Part shown: one piece after another, positions 25,710-35,629 of the stretch | How positions within the stretch are numbered: the first letter of the stretch is position 1 | Layout of the letters: each line of letters starts with the position of its first letter | Assembly: GCF_044324875.1 (NCBI RefSeq) | Contig: NZ_CP172185.1 | Source of the DNA: Escherichia coli | GTDB lineage: Bacteria; Pseudomonadota; Gammaproteobacteria; Enterobacterales; Enterobacteriaceae | DNA length: 64,000 nt | Reading direction: 5' to 3' (one strand) | Translations under genes and position numbers: made by a program | The notes under the pieces: generated by a model | The model's input: the letters and a program-made list of their open reading frames with translations, nothing else | Told to the model about the DNA's origin: nothing | Databases searched by the model: none

Positions 25710-26047
25710 TTTAGTCCCTGAAAATTCTTGAGAAATAACGGTTCTTTAAATTGCGCGCGAGGAGAGATATGAGGGATTTACAGACCAGCGGCATAGTGGG
25801 GTTGTCAGCCAGTAAGGTGGGATACAGGCATAGTGATCGACATGGTGAGGTCAACGACAAAAAAAATGTTGCCGTTCTGCCAACAGTTCCTGCCAGCATT
25901 CGGGCAACGAAGGGTTCTACTGGTGGATACATATACCAGGGGAATAAAGTCGTTTTCGCCTCTCCTTTAGTAATCACCGGGGGTAATGAAATCAGCATCT
26001 GCATCCCTCGTCATGCCAGCCATCAATTTCAGTTGCTTATGTCCTGA

Positions 26048-26575
26048 CTAAAAATAAGATGTGATACCCAGGGTGACGATGTCGCTCATACGTCTTAGTT
26101 TCAGCTTGTACATAATGTTGAATTTCTGAATCTTTAATGTTTGTTGCGAAATATTGAGCGTCGACGTGATATTGCTTTCATTTTTATTTTTCAGAATCAG
26201 TTGCATAATTTTGAACTGATTATGTGAAAAACATAATTGTGAATTCTTATGGGGCAAGTGTTTACCATAAGTAATCTCAAGAAGATTTTTGATACTTTCT
26301 TTGCGGCTAACAAAATAAATAGGCGCTTTAGCTTTTAGTTTACTGATGTGATAAGGTGCCAAAACAATAATTCTCTCGGCATCTAATTTCTCCAGAAATT
26401 TAATCGCTTCTTCATCAAGGATATGATTGTGATAGGTATCAATGATAACCTTGAAGGGTTTATTGCCTACTTTTTTGATCTCTGACAGGGAATTGATTTT
26501 TATCATTTCGTGATTATCTTTCAACTGCCAAAAGCCCTGTAAAAGAAAAGAATCTTTCGTCATGAGAAAAATCAT
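26048..26575 (-). CDS. gadE: LuxR-family acid-resistance master regulator GadE
   Basis: ORF 26048..26653 trimmed to ATG 26575 (MIFLMTKDSFLLQGFWQLKD...), 175 aa. Confidence 0.93.
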   Translation of the reverse strand: MIFLMTKDSFLLQGFWQLKDNHEMIKINSLSEIKKVGNKPFKVIIDTYHNHILDEEAIKFLEKLDAERIIVLAPYHISKLKAKAPIYFVSRKESIKNLLEITYGKHLPHKNSQLCFSHNQFKIMQLILKNKNESNITSTLNISQQTLKIQKFNIMYKLKLRRMSDIVTLGITSYF

Positions 26576-26884
26576 AACTTGCTCCTTAGCCGTTATCGTT
26601 TCGAACATGTCATCCTTTTCATTATTTACATCCTTGTCCGAATCGTTGTTCAATATAGTAAACGCCTATAAGAACTTTGCCCTTCGTGAACTAATACGTC
26701 TATTAACACTAATCAATACTTCAGATTTATCCATCACGCACTCCATATATTGATCCTAAGTAAGATTCCTGGTTGTTATCAATTTGTAAATGGTAAACAA
26801 AAAGTTAACGTTTGCGGATTACTGCCCAAGAATAAGTTATCAATAACCAGTTTGTGATCTCTGAAGAATATTACTAAAGTTAAA

Positions 26885-26956
26885 ATGTAATCCGATTTAA
26901 ATATCGAGTCTCCTTGTTTCGACTTAAGCTGGCAATTGGATTGCCAGCTTTCTTTT
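26885..26956 (+). ncRNA. Candidate antisense sRNA in the gadE leader (ArrS/GadF-like); 5' end uncertain
   Basis: plus-strand hairpin agctggcaattggattgccagct followed by ttctttt at 26927..26956 would terminate a transcript antisense to the long gadE 5' UTR; ArrS is reported at such a position in K-12. Confidence 0.35.
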
Positions 26957-27373
26957 AACGCATTGAAATTACCTGAGTAAATAACGCATTCATGTCTTCA
27001 GGTTTTTATATAGCGTCTGGAGACACGGATATTTATGCAATGTAATCAACGCCTGTTGCAAAAAAATGAACCCGGATTACTTATTTAACCGCCCATAGCA
27101 TCAACGCTTACGGAACTCTTTGTTCACTTTCCCACAGCACTTTTAAAACATTAAACCTGACTACGGAAAATATCAGCCATGATAATGTTTGAAATGGCTA
27201 ATTTGCCATGGAATGAAAAAAATTAGATGAAATTCAGTAGGTTGAAATAATCATCAGCAGGTAATTATTTCAATGATAGTGCGCAATTGATCTACAACGC
27301 TGTGTAGCGGAGAGAGTATTAATCGGATCATAGTCACATCAAGTGACTATGATCCGGGTGACAACAGGAATAA

Positions 27374-27946
27374 TTATTGCTGCTTAACGAACAAACTGGC
27401 GAAGCTGAACAGGCTGGCGGCGCTAAATATCAGTTCAATACCCACCAGTGTGGAAACCAAAGTTACAGACACCATCGGCGTTGCACCAAGGAATATCCAT
27501 GCAATGACGATATCCAGCACACCAATAACGAGCTGTAGCCAGCTGCCTTTCATTGAACGCTGACGATACCAACTCATCAGGCGAATAACCCCTGCAACAC
27601 AGAACAAACCGGCAATAAATGCCGCAATGGCAAAAATGCCCAGCTCCGGTGCGCGGATGAAGAAATAGCCGATCAATAAATAGGCGACTGCGACGAGGAA
27701 ACCGGATAATACCGGCCAGAAATTATGACTGCGGTTGCTGAATAATCCAACAATAAGCGCAACGCCCGAGCAGATTAATAATGCACCCACTACCGTGCTT
27801 AAAATATCGCCAGAGACGAACGGGAAACTGATACACAGCAACCCGACGATAAACAGTAGCACGGCAATAAACTGGATTGCTCTGCGATGCTTTTTCAGCA
27901 TCTCCAGATCAAACTTCAAAATTGTTGCCTTATCTATATATAACAT
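27374..27946 (-). CDS. hdeD: Acid-resistance inner membrane protein HdeD
   Basis: 190-aa ORF, multi-TM protein; divergent from hdeA. Confidence 0.93.
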   Translation of the reverse strand: MLYIDKATILKFDLEMLKKHRRAIQFIAVLLFIVGLLCISFPFVSGDILSTVVGALLICSGVALIVGLFSNRSHNFWPVLSGFLVAVAYLLIGYFFIRAPELGIFAIAAFIAGLFCVAGVIRLMSWYRQRSMKGSWLQLVIGVLDIVIAWIFLGATPMVSVTLVSTLVGIELIFSAASLFSFASLFVKQQ

Positions 27947-28200
27947 AGAACCACCCTATAAAATTAAGAAGAAAATCCCCTGCTATCAATCTATGCCAAA
28001 AACGCGTCTAAGAATGCAGTCGATTTAATAAAAATTTCCTAATTACAGTATCTGATGCATCTGTAACTCATTGTATTGAAATAAAAATATCTGATTTTGA
28101 TATTTTCCATCAACATGACATATACAGAAAACCAGGTTATAACCTCAGTGTCGAAATTGATTCGTGACGGCTCTTTCACTTTATAGTTGAGGATATTACG

Positions 28201-28533
28201 ATGAAAAAAGTATTAGGCGTTATTCTTGGTGGTCTGCTTCTTCTGCCAGTTGTGAGCAATGCAGCGGATGCGCAAAAAGCAGCTGATAACAAAAAACCGG
28301 TCAACTCCTGGACCTGTGAAGATTTCCTGGCTGTGGACGAATCCTTCCAGCCAACTGCAGTTGGTTTTGCTGAAGCGCTGAACAACAAAGATAAACCAGA
28401 AGATGCGGTTTTAGATGTTCAGGGTATTGCAACCGTAACCCCAGCTATCGTTCAGGCTTGTACTCAGGATAAACAAGCCAACTTTAAAGATAAAGTTAAA
28501 GGCGAATGGGACAAAATTAAGAAAGATATGTAA
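28201..28533 (+). CDS. hdeA: Periplasmic acid-stress chaperone HdeA
   Basis: 110-aa ORF with signal peptide (MKKVLGVILGGLLLLPVVSNA); recognised as HdeA. Confidence 0.95.
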   Translation: MKKVLGVILGGLLLLPVVSNAADAQKAADNKKPVNSWTCEDFLAVDESFQPTAVGFAEALNNKDKPEDAVLDVQGIATVTPAIVQACTQDKQANFKDKVKGEWDKIKKDM

Positions 28534-28648
28534 TTCCGGGAATGCGTTACATCGTACTTCCTTGCATATTGAACAGGCCGGAATATCTTCTTTAAAAGCA
28601 GCTATTCCTCCTGTTTGTATATAATCTCTATATTGAATGGGTTACAAA

Positions 28649-28975
28649 ATGAACATTTCATCTCTCCGTAAAGCGTTTATTTTTATGGGCGCTGTAGCGG
28701 CTTTGTCACTGGTGAACGCACAATCTGCGCTGGCAGCCAATGAATCCGCTAAAGATATGACCTGCCAGGAATTTATTGATCTGAATCCAAAAGCAATGAC
28801 ACCGGTTGCATGGTGGATGCTGCATGAAGAGACAGTATATAAAGGTGGCGATACCGTTACTTTAAATGAAACCGATCTCACTCAAATTCCTAAAGTGATC
28901 GAATACTGCAAGAAAAACCCGCAGAAAAATTTGTATACCTTCAAAAATCAAGCATCTAATGACTTGCCGAATTAA
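28649..28975 (+). CDS. hdeB: Periplasmic acid-stress chaperone HdeB
   Basis: ORF 28637..28975 trimmed to ATG 28649 (MNISSLRKAFIFMGAVAALSL...), 108 aa. Confidence 0.93.
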   Translation: MNISSLRKAFIFMGAVAALSLVNAQSALAANESAKDMTCQEFIDLNPKAMTPVAWWMLHEETVYKGGDTVTLNETDLTQIPKVIEYCKKNPQKNLYTFKNQASNDLPN

Positions 28976-28991
28976 TGAGGTACAAGTAAAA

Positions 28992-29036
28992 AGGAGTAGC
29001 AAGTTGAGCCATCTTGCTGCTCCTTTTTGCTTTTTT
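28992..29036 (+). terminator. Intrinsic terminator/attenuator between hdeB and yhiD
   Basis: hairpin aggagtagcaag...cttgctgctcct followed by ttttgcttttttat, ending 3 bp before the yhiD start. Confidence 0.6.
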
Positions 29037-29038
29037 AT

Positions 29039-29686
29039 ATGACAGCAGAATTTATTATACGTCTTATACTCGCAGCAATTGCCTGTGGCGCTATTGGCAT
29101 GGAAAGGCAAATGCGCGGCAAAGGAGCAGGGTTACGCACACATGTATTAATTGGCATGGGAAGCGCCCTGTTTATGATTGTTTCGAAATATGGTTTTGCT
29201 GACGTGCTGTCTTTAAATCACGTCGGACTGGACCCCAGCCGTATTGCAGCTCAGGTGGTGACGGGCGTCGGGTTTATCGGCGCAGGTAACATTCTCGTTC
29301 GTAACCAAAATATTGTAGGTCTGACGACAGCAGCGGATATCTGGGTGACCGCCGCCATTGGTATGGTTATTGGTAGCGGTATGTACGAACTGGGCATTTA
29401 TGGTTCAGTGATGACCTTGCTGGTGCTGGAAGTCTTCCATCAATTAACCTTCCGCCTGATGAACAAAAATTACCATTTACAGCTGACATTAGTGAACGGT
29501 AATACGGTATCAATGCTCGACTGGTTTAAGCAGCAAAAAATAAAAACGGATTTAGTTTCGTTGCAGGAAAGTGAAGATCATGAAGTGGTCGCCATTGATA
29601 TCCAGCTTCATGCCACAACGTCGATAGAAGATCTGTTGCGATTATTAAAAGGTATGGCAGGGGTGAAAGGCGTTTCAATTAGCTAA
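29039..29686 (+). CDS. yhiD: MgtC-family inner membrane protein YhiD
   Basis: ORF 29027..29686 trimmed to ATG 29039 (MTAEFIIRLILAAIACGAIGMERQ...), 215 aa. Confidence 0.92.
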   Translation: MTAEFIIRLILAAIACGAIGMERQMRGKGAGLRTHVLIGMGSALFMIVSKYGFADVLSLNHVGLDPSRIAAQVVTGVGFIGAGNILVRNQNIVGLTTAADIWVTAAIGMVIGSGMYELGIYGSVMTLLVLEVFHQLTFRLMNKNYHLQLTLVNGNTVSMLDWFKQQKIKTDLVSLQESEDHEVVAIDIQLHATTSIEDLLRLLKGMAGVKGVSIS

Positions 29687-29737
29687 TCTTTATAGTTATT
29701 TATTCACAGGAGTACCAGAGCGGTACTCCTGTTGGTT

Positions 29738-30508
29738 TTAATGATCGAGGACGATCAGTGGTGAATGGTTGGCAGGATCTTTAAGTACGGTAATATCCGC
29801 GCCGTAGAGCATTGTCAGCGCCTGCTGTGTCAATACGTCCTGCGGTTTACCATTTGCGATAACCTTTCCTTTTTGCATTAATACAATACGGTCTGCATAA
29901 CGCGCGGCAAGATTTAGATCGTGCAATACGCAGCAAACATTGAACTGCCGTTCGTGAACTAACTGGCGTAATAAACGGAACAAGTGCTGCTGATGGTGAA
30001 TATCCAGCGCCGAAGTTGGTTCATCAAGAAATAACCATTTCGGTGAGGGAGTAGGTTCCCAGAGTTGCACCAGCAGGCGCGCTAATTGTACGCGCTGTTG
30101 TTCACCACCGGATAATTGCCGATAGTCGCGGTTTGCTAACGCCTGACAGTCACATAACGCCATTATTTGTGCTGTTTCATTATCCTGATTACCAGTACGA
30201 TGCGGATGCCGACCCATCTGGATAACTTCTTGTACGCTGAATGGAAACGCCATGTGGCTATTTTGACGCATCACGGCCCGGTGTTTCGCCAGTTCAGTAA
30301 TCGACCATTCATTTAATGGCTTATTAAACAACCGACATTCGCCGCTATCAGGTTGAAGATAGCCGGTTAACTGGCGAAGCAGCGTAGATTTTCCCGCACC
30401 ATTAGGGCCGAGAATGGCAACAATTTCCCCACCGGGAAAAGTCAGCGAGACATTGTCAGTCAGACGCCGCCCCTGAAGGCTATAAACCAGATTCTGGGCG
30501 CTGATCAT
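29738..30508 (-). CDS. chuV: Hemin ABC transporter ATP-binding protein ChuV (HmuV)
   Basis: ORF 29738..30661 trimmed to ATG 30508 ([16 protein letters not shown]...); Walker [13 protein letters not shown] signature LSGGEQQR; 4-bp overlap with chuU. Confidence 0.88.
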   Translation of the reverse strand: MISAQNLVYSLQGRRLTDNVSLTFPGGEIVAILGPNGAGKSTLLRQLTGYLQPDSGECRLFNKPLNEWSITELAKHRAVMRQNSHMAFPFSVQEVIQMGRHPHRTGNQDNETAQIMALCDCQALANRDYRQLSGGEQQRVQLARLLVQLWEPTPSPKWLFLDEPTSALDIHHQQHLFRLLRQLVHERQFNVCCVLHDLNLAARYADRIVLMQKGKVIANGKPQDVLTQQALTMLYGADITVLKDPANHSPLIVLDH

Positions 30509-31497
30509 GTGATCCTCCGGTTGCGCAGAATCAACCACATAAAATAAGGACCGCCAAGCAGGCTGGTTAATAATCCCACGGGCATTTCTGCTGGCTGTAC
30601 CAGCGTGCGGGCAAGCGTGTCTGCCATCAGCAATAAACAGGCTCCGGCGAGGGCGGAGCAAGGGATTAGCCAGCGGTGATTTGCCCCGGTAGTCATACGA
30701 ATCAGATGCGGGATCACCAGGCCAATAAAGCCGATAATGCCGCTTACCGATACGGCGGCACCAACGAGCAGTGAGCTCACTAACAGTAATTGCTGGCGTT
30801 TACGCTTAACGTTCACGCCGAGGTAGTGGGCTTCTTCATCACCGAGCTGCAGTAAATTCAGCGTTCCGGCGAGACAAGTTGTTGCGATAATGGCCGGTAG
30901 GATGAATGAACTGGCAACCAATAACGTCGGCCATTGCGCCTGTCCAAGATTGCCCATCATCCACAATGTGAGTTGTCGTAGCTGCTGCTCATCGCCGATA
31001 TAGCTCAGGATGCCGATCGCTGCGCCGCACAGGGCATTGATGGCGATACCGGCGAGTAATAATTGCATCATGCTGCCATCGCGATGGCGCTGCGTGATGA
31101 GAAAAATGATGGTGCAGACCACTAAACTTCCGGCAATGGCAAACACCATTTGCTCATAGAGCACCAGCACCACTGGGAAGGAGAAGGGCAGCACAATAGC
31201 AACGCCAACCATTAATGCAGAACCGCTACTGACGCCGAGTAATCCAGGGTCAGCCATTGGGTTGCGAAAAAGCCCCTGCATAATTACCCCTGCGGTTGCC
31301 AACGCTGCACCTACCAGCACCGCCAGCAAAACCCGTGGTAGACGAATATTGAGCCAGATATCGCGGTATTCCTCATCAAAAAGGGCATCAAAACTGATCT
31401 TTAACGCTCCCTGACTGGCACCGAACAGCACCAGAGCGAGCAATAATAGTGATAGCCCCATAAAGACCCTGGCGGAAGAGAGTGAATCCTTGAGCAC
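30505..31497 (-). CDS. chuU: Hemin ABC transporter permease ChuU (FecCD family)
   Basis: 330-aa polytopic ORF, FecCD/BtuC-type permease; translationally coupled to chuV. Confidence 0.88.
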   Translation of the reverse strand: MLKDSLSSARVFMGLSLLLLALVLFGASQGALKISFDALFDEEYRDIWLNIRLPRVLLAVLVGAALATAGVIMQGLFRNPMADPGLLGVSSGSALMVGVAIVLPFSFPVVLVLYEQMVFAIAGSLVVCTIIFLITQRHRDGSMMQLLLAGIAINALCGAAIGILSYIGDEQQLRQLTLWMMGNLGQAQWPTLLVASSFILPAIIATTCLAGTLNLLQLGDEEAHYLGVNVKRKRQQLLLVSSLLVGAAVSVSGIIGFIGLVIPHLIRMTTGANHRWLIPCSALAGACLLLMADTLARTLVQPAEMPVGLLTSLLGGPYFMWLILRNRRIT

Positions 31498-31545
31498 GCA
31501 AAACTCCGTTACGACATTACGGCGCGGAGATTCCGCGTCGGGGGA

Positions 31546-32169
31546 TCACGCCGGTTTCAGGTCCGGTTCAATCAGACTGTAGACCTGCTGGTTAAGTGCT
31601 GGCGCATTTGCCAGTTCATGGATATGTGCGGCGACATCGGCACGGTTAACAAAACCATGACACTCCTGATTTTGTATCCGTTGTGCTTTGCCCGTTGCCG
31701 CCCCATCAAGCAGACCGCCAGGGCGGAGAATGGCGTAATCAAGCTGGCTGGTTTGCAACCAGCTTTCCGCCAGCGTTTTTTCCCGTACCGCCTGACCAAA
31801 CGCAGCCTTTGCCCGCTCCGATAAAAACGGCCAGCTATCGCCGCATCCCAAAGAGGTCACCAGAATCATGCGACTAATGCCGGCCTTTTCGGCCTCATCA
31901 ATCACTGTTCTGTGCGCCAGATAATCCTGAGCTCCGCCCATTGTTGAGATGATAAGCGCATCCGGGCCAGCTGCGCGGCAAGCATCCGCGACTACGCTGG
32001 CATCACAGGCGTCGCCTGTAAAAAACTGTACGCCTTGTTGCGCCAGTTTCGTGGCGGCATCGGCATGACGAACGACAGCAACGACCGGACGTTGCTCTGC
32101 CAGCGCCAGTTCAAGCGTTCTGGCACCCACACCTTTTCCGCCTGCGCCAAAGAGTAGCCACGGCGTCAT
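31546..32169 (-). CDS. chuY: ChuY, NAD(P)-binding Rossmann-fold protein of the heme utilisation locus
   Basis: 207-aa ORF in chuW-chuX-chuY order; N-terminal glycine-rich motif (LLFGAGGKGVG). Confidence 0.8.
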   Translation of the reverse strand: MTPWLLFGAGGKGVGARTLELALAEQRPVVAVVRHADAATKLAQQGVQFFTGDACDASVVADACRAAGPDALIISTMGGAQDYLAHRTVIDEAEKAGISRMILVTSLGCGDSWPFLSERAKAAFGQAVREKTLAESWLQTSQLDYAILRPGGLLDGAATGKAQRIQNQECHGFVNRADVAAHIHELANAPALNQQVYSLIEPDLKPA

Positions 32170-32663
32170 CAGGCGTGTTCCTTTAACGATGCTGCCAGAG
32201 CATGGAAGGCGCTGACTTGTTCGCTCAGGAGCTGACGATGGTCATCCCTGCCGAGGAAGATTTTCAGCATTGCGCTGCCTTCTTTGTTGAAAAAGAGAAT
32301 GGATGCGGTGTCCATGCCCATAAATTTACGTTCGATCAAGGCAATATGTGTGCAGTTTTCTGCTTTGATATGCCCGGACATGCCGTGCTTTCCGCGTAGG
32401 TTGAAATAGCCGTGGCGGTGGAAACCCGAAGGCAGTTCGCCGCTAAATTCGAGGATTACATCGGCAGTATGTACTAACGTGGTGACGTTGCCCCATTCGC
32501 AGACGGTATCCCAGACAGTATCGAATTTATCGCCTGACACTATGGTAGAGGAGGGCAGATTTTTCACTACTTCCAGCAGTGTGGTGTTGTATTGTTCGGC
32601 TACTACCTCCAGCGTACCGTCCGGCTCCGTTTTCAAAAATTCTTGTAACGAGACATGGCTCAT
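32169..32663 (-). CDS. chuX: ChuX heme-binding/utilisation protein
   Basis: 164-aa ORF between chuW and chuY, abutting chuY. Confidence 0.8.
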   Translation of the reverse strand: MSHVSLQEFLKTEPDGTLEVVAEQYNTTLLEVVKNLPSSTIVSGDKFDTVWDTVCEWGNVTTLVHTADVILEFSGELPSGFHRHGYFNLRGKHGMSGHIKAENCTHIALIERKFMGMDTASILFFNKEGSAMLKIFLGRDDHRQLLSEQVSAFHALAASLKEHA

Positions 32664-32675
32664 AAATCACTCCTG

Positions 32676-34013
32676 TTATGGTTTTTCACGCACAATCGCT
32701 GGCGCATTAAGGACCTGAATTAGTTCATTAAGAGACTGCAAAATATTGCTTGCCCAGAAACGACCTTCATTAGTCAGCCGCAGGCAAGTTGAAGCATCGC
32801 GGCTTAAGCCTTTTTGGTGCCATTGAGCCAGTAACGGCGCGAGTTTTTCGGCATGTGGCGTAAGTTCATCCAGCGGTACACGCGCTGTTTCAACACCTGA
32901 CTGCAAGGTATGACGCCATTGCGCATTACGTTCGGCGTTACGCATGATCATCATCAGCGGTTTTTTGCCTGCCGCGACGGATTCATGCCAGGTCTGAAGA
33001 TTGCGTTCGTTCATCCAGGAGTAACCATTAATCGAACCGCCAGCTCCGGAACCAAAGGCCAGACAATCGGCACCTTGTTTAATCAGCAGGTTATAGAGAT
33101 TGCGTTCGCGTGTGGTACGGCCCCAGTGGCTGTTACTGATACAGCGCCAACCGGCTTCGTCCATGAAGTCACACCCTTGCAGATAAAGATCGCGTCGTTC
33201 TGCCGGAGAGGGCACGGTAGTACGCCCATTTTCCACGGCTTTGCCCAGCGGTGTGTTGGGCAGGACATTGAGTGCATAGAGATCGACGCCGTCGAGACCG
33301 ATATCGCGGGCAATAGTCAGATCTTCTCCCCAGGTTTGCGCATCCTGACCCGGCAGGCCAAACAGCAGGTCACAGACCACCGCAGCACGGTCGCGTTTGA
33401 CCAGGCTTTCCATAAACGCAATGGCGGTTGGGCCATCCGAGGTGCGGGCCATTTTCTTGCGGATTTTGCTGTTAAACGACTGAATACCAATTGAGAAGCG
33501 GTTTGCTCCTGCATCAAGGCAAGCATCGATTCGCTCAGCGTCAAAATTCAGTACCCGGCCTTCGATAGTGATTTCACAATCAGGGGCCAGTGGCAGCTTT
33601 TCTCGTAATGTGTTGATAATTCTGGCCAAATCGTGTGCCGAAAGCGCGGAAGGCGTGCCGCCACCGAAATAGACCGCGTGGATGGGGGCAGACTGATGCA
33701 ATACGCTGTCCGCTTCCATTTCTATTTCACGAATCAGGGCGTCGGTATAATGAGCACACGCATCTTCATTAAAACGGTTCTGATAAAAACCACAAAACGT
33801 GCAGTGTGTTGCACAAAAAGGAATGTGTTGATAAACCAGTCGCTTACGTGGTGATACCGTTTGATTGAGCATCTCTTGCCAGGTCTGTGCCAGTTGCTCT
33901 TTGGCAACTGGAATGGCCCCACGAAACGGCATCATGGCGCGCCTGTCTTTAAATGGCTGATCACCGTCTAAAGCAAAATGTGGCGTGAGATCCAGGGTGT
34001 TATTTGTGTTCAT
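32676..34013 (-). CDS. chuW: ChuW radical-SAM enzyme (HemN-like, anaerobic heme degradation)
   Basis: 445-aa ORF with CxxxCxxC radical-SAM motif (CATHCTFCGFY); HemN-like. Confidence 0.88.
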   Translation of the reverse strand: MNTNNTLDLTPHFALDGDQPFKDRRAMMPFRGAIPVAKEQLAQTWQEMLNQTVSPRKRLVYQHIPFCATHCTFCGFYQNRFNEDACAHYTDALIREIEMEADSVLHQSAPIHAVYFGGGTPSALSAHDLARIINTLREKLPLAPDCEITIEGRVLNFDAERIDACLDAGANRFSIGIQSFNSKIRKKMARTSDGPTAIAFMESLVKRDRAAVVCDLLFGLPGQDAQTWGEDLTIARDIGLDGVDLYALNVLPNTPLGKAVENGRTTVPSPAERRDLYLQGCDFMDEAGWRCISNSHWGRTTRERNLYNLLIKQGADCLAFGSGAGGSINGYSWMNERNLQTWHESVAAGKKPLMMIMRNAERNAQWRHTLQSGVETARVPLDELTPHAEKLAPLLAQWHQKGLSRDASTCLRLTNEGRFWASNILQSLNELIQVLNAPAIVREKP

Positions 34014-34032
34014 TCGTCTGATTTAAATCCAT

Positions 34033-34947
34033 TTATTGCGGCCAAAGCTGCTGGTGTAAAGACTCAACGACATCAGCAATACGCGGACCCATTCCCAGAA
34101 TCAGGTTTTGATCAACGGTGATAATGCGCTGGTTTTTCCATGCGGCAGTGTGGGTAATTCCGGCAATAGAACGTAGCCGATTAATATCGCCATCGACCAT
34201 TTGTGAGGTTACGACAATCACTTCTGGATTGGCCGCAATCAGTGATTCTGCACTGTAGCTTTTGTACTGCTGGTGGGTTGCGACGTTTTCTGCTCCGGCA
34301 AGCGAAAGAATGGCGTCCGCGACGCTGCCTTTACCGGCAACCTGTGGCGCACTTCTGCCTGCGGAGAGAATAAACATGGCTTTAACCGGGGCTTTTTTGG
34401 CCGCCACGTTTTGCTGTACTCGCTCCAGGCGTTGGCTGATTTGTGTCACCAGCGCGTCCCCTTGTTCAGGAACCTGTAACGTTTTTGCCAGTTGGCGAAT
34501 GTTGGCGTACATCTGCTCAAGGGTGGCAGGCACACGCGGCAGGGTAACGACGTTGACTTTCTGCGCCCGCAGCTGGTCGAGCACAATTTGTGGCCCGGCA
34601 TCCTGCCAGGTAATTACGCTATCCGGGCGAAGTGACAAAATGCCTTCGCTGCTGAGTTGTTTCCAGTAGCCAATATGCGGCAGTTTGGCGGTTTCTGGTG
34701 GGTAAGATGTCGTTTCATCGACACCAACCACGCGTTCGCCAGCGCCCATCGCGTAGATTAGCTCCGTCAGCGATCCTCCTGCGACCACGATACGTTCGGC
34801 AGCCGTTACGCTAAAAGCCCAGCTAAGAGCCAGTACTGCCGTAAACAATTTTTTTCGTTTTACCGCGGTCTTCGCGGCAGAGGCCACGGCTGAAATACAT
34901 AACGTCAGTGGGGAAAAAAGAAACGGCCTGGTGATGATCCTTGGCAT
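34033..34947 (-). CDS. chuT: Periplasmic hemin-binding protein ChuT (start uncertain; ORF extends to 35025)
   Basis: ORF 34033..35025; an internal ATG at 34947 (MPRIITRP...) gives 304 aa; a Fur-box-like sequence lies inside the longer N-terminal extension, favouring the shorter start; class III periplasmic binding protein. Confidence 0.8.
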   Translation of the reverse strand: MPRIITRPFLFSPLTLCISAVASAAKTAVKRKKLFTAVLALSWAFSVTAAERIVVAGGSLTELIYAMGAGERVVGVDETTSYPPETAKLPHIGYWKQLSSEGILSLRPDSVITWQDAGPQIVLDQLRAQKVNVVTLPRVPATLEQMYANIRQLAKTLQVPEQGDALVTQISQRLERVQQNVAAKKAPVKAMFILSAGRSAPQVAGKGSVADAILSLAGAENVATHQQYKSYSAESLIAANPEVIVVTSQMVDGDINRLRSIAGITHTAAWKNQRIITVDQNLILGMGPRIADVVESLHQQLWPQ

Positions 34948-34970
34948 AATATGAGAACTCTTATCAAGTT

Positions 34971-34989
34971 GAGAATGATCATGATTATC
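34971..34989. promoter_or_regulatory. Fur box at the chuT promoter
   Basis: gagaatgatcatgattatc matches 16 of 19 positions of the Fur consensus GATAATGATAATCATTATC. Confidence 0.6.
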
Positions 34990-35320
34990 ATTTGAGTTAT
35001 ATATGAAATACAACCGTCGATTCAATACGCACGGCGTTACAAGCGTATTTATTTTTGATTTTTATCAAGATGCTTCGTCAGCTAACGTTCTTGTTACCGA
35101 CTAAATTTCAGCGCGGGAAAAAGCTGAGAACCCAGAGATATCGAGGCTTGCAGAGCAAAGCGAAGAGGAAATTATCACTGTTAACGACAAAGTTTAGTGA
35201 TGAGGTCATGGGGGAATAACCATAAAAATAAAGTGGTTTTCAGGGCGCGGGATAGGTTTCATAACCCCCTGTTTATTGTGTTAATGGCGGTTAAAAAAAG
35301 CTTGATCATAAAAAATTGAT

Positions 35321-35339
35321 CGATAATAATTCTCATTAT
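35321..35339. promoter_or_regulatory. Fur box upstream of chuA
   Basis: gataataattctcattatc matches 16 of 19 positions of the Fur consensus; about 290 bp upstream of the chuA ATG. Confidence 0.6.
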
Positions 35340-35629
35340 CACGTTTGCGCTTAACAAAACACGACCATATGGATAACAAAACCATAGCATTTGCAAGGGA
35401 TAACGCACAGCGCTCTTCACTCCTGATGGGGCATATCGTTTTGCCTGACAAAGAGGGCGTGCTTTTGCGTATTTGCCGAGATACCAGGCAATTTCATGGG
35501 ATATAAACGCCTGTAAACTCACCCGGCGAATATTATCGCTCTGAATTTTAAATAAATTTATTTTTCGCCAGCCACCCCGGTATTAACCCAGGCAGCCAGC
35601 ATTTTTTATTTTCCTCATGGAGAATCGCT

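Noticed and set aside
25711-26047. Two overlapping ORFs (97 and 98 aa) between mdtE and gadE
   Set aside because: They are mutually overlapping on opposite strands with no RBS; this interval is the mdtE promoter and gadE 3' region.
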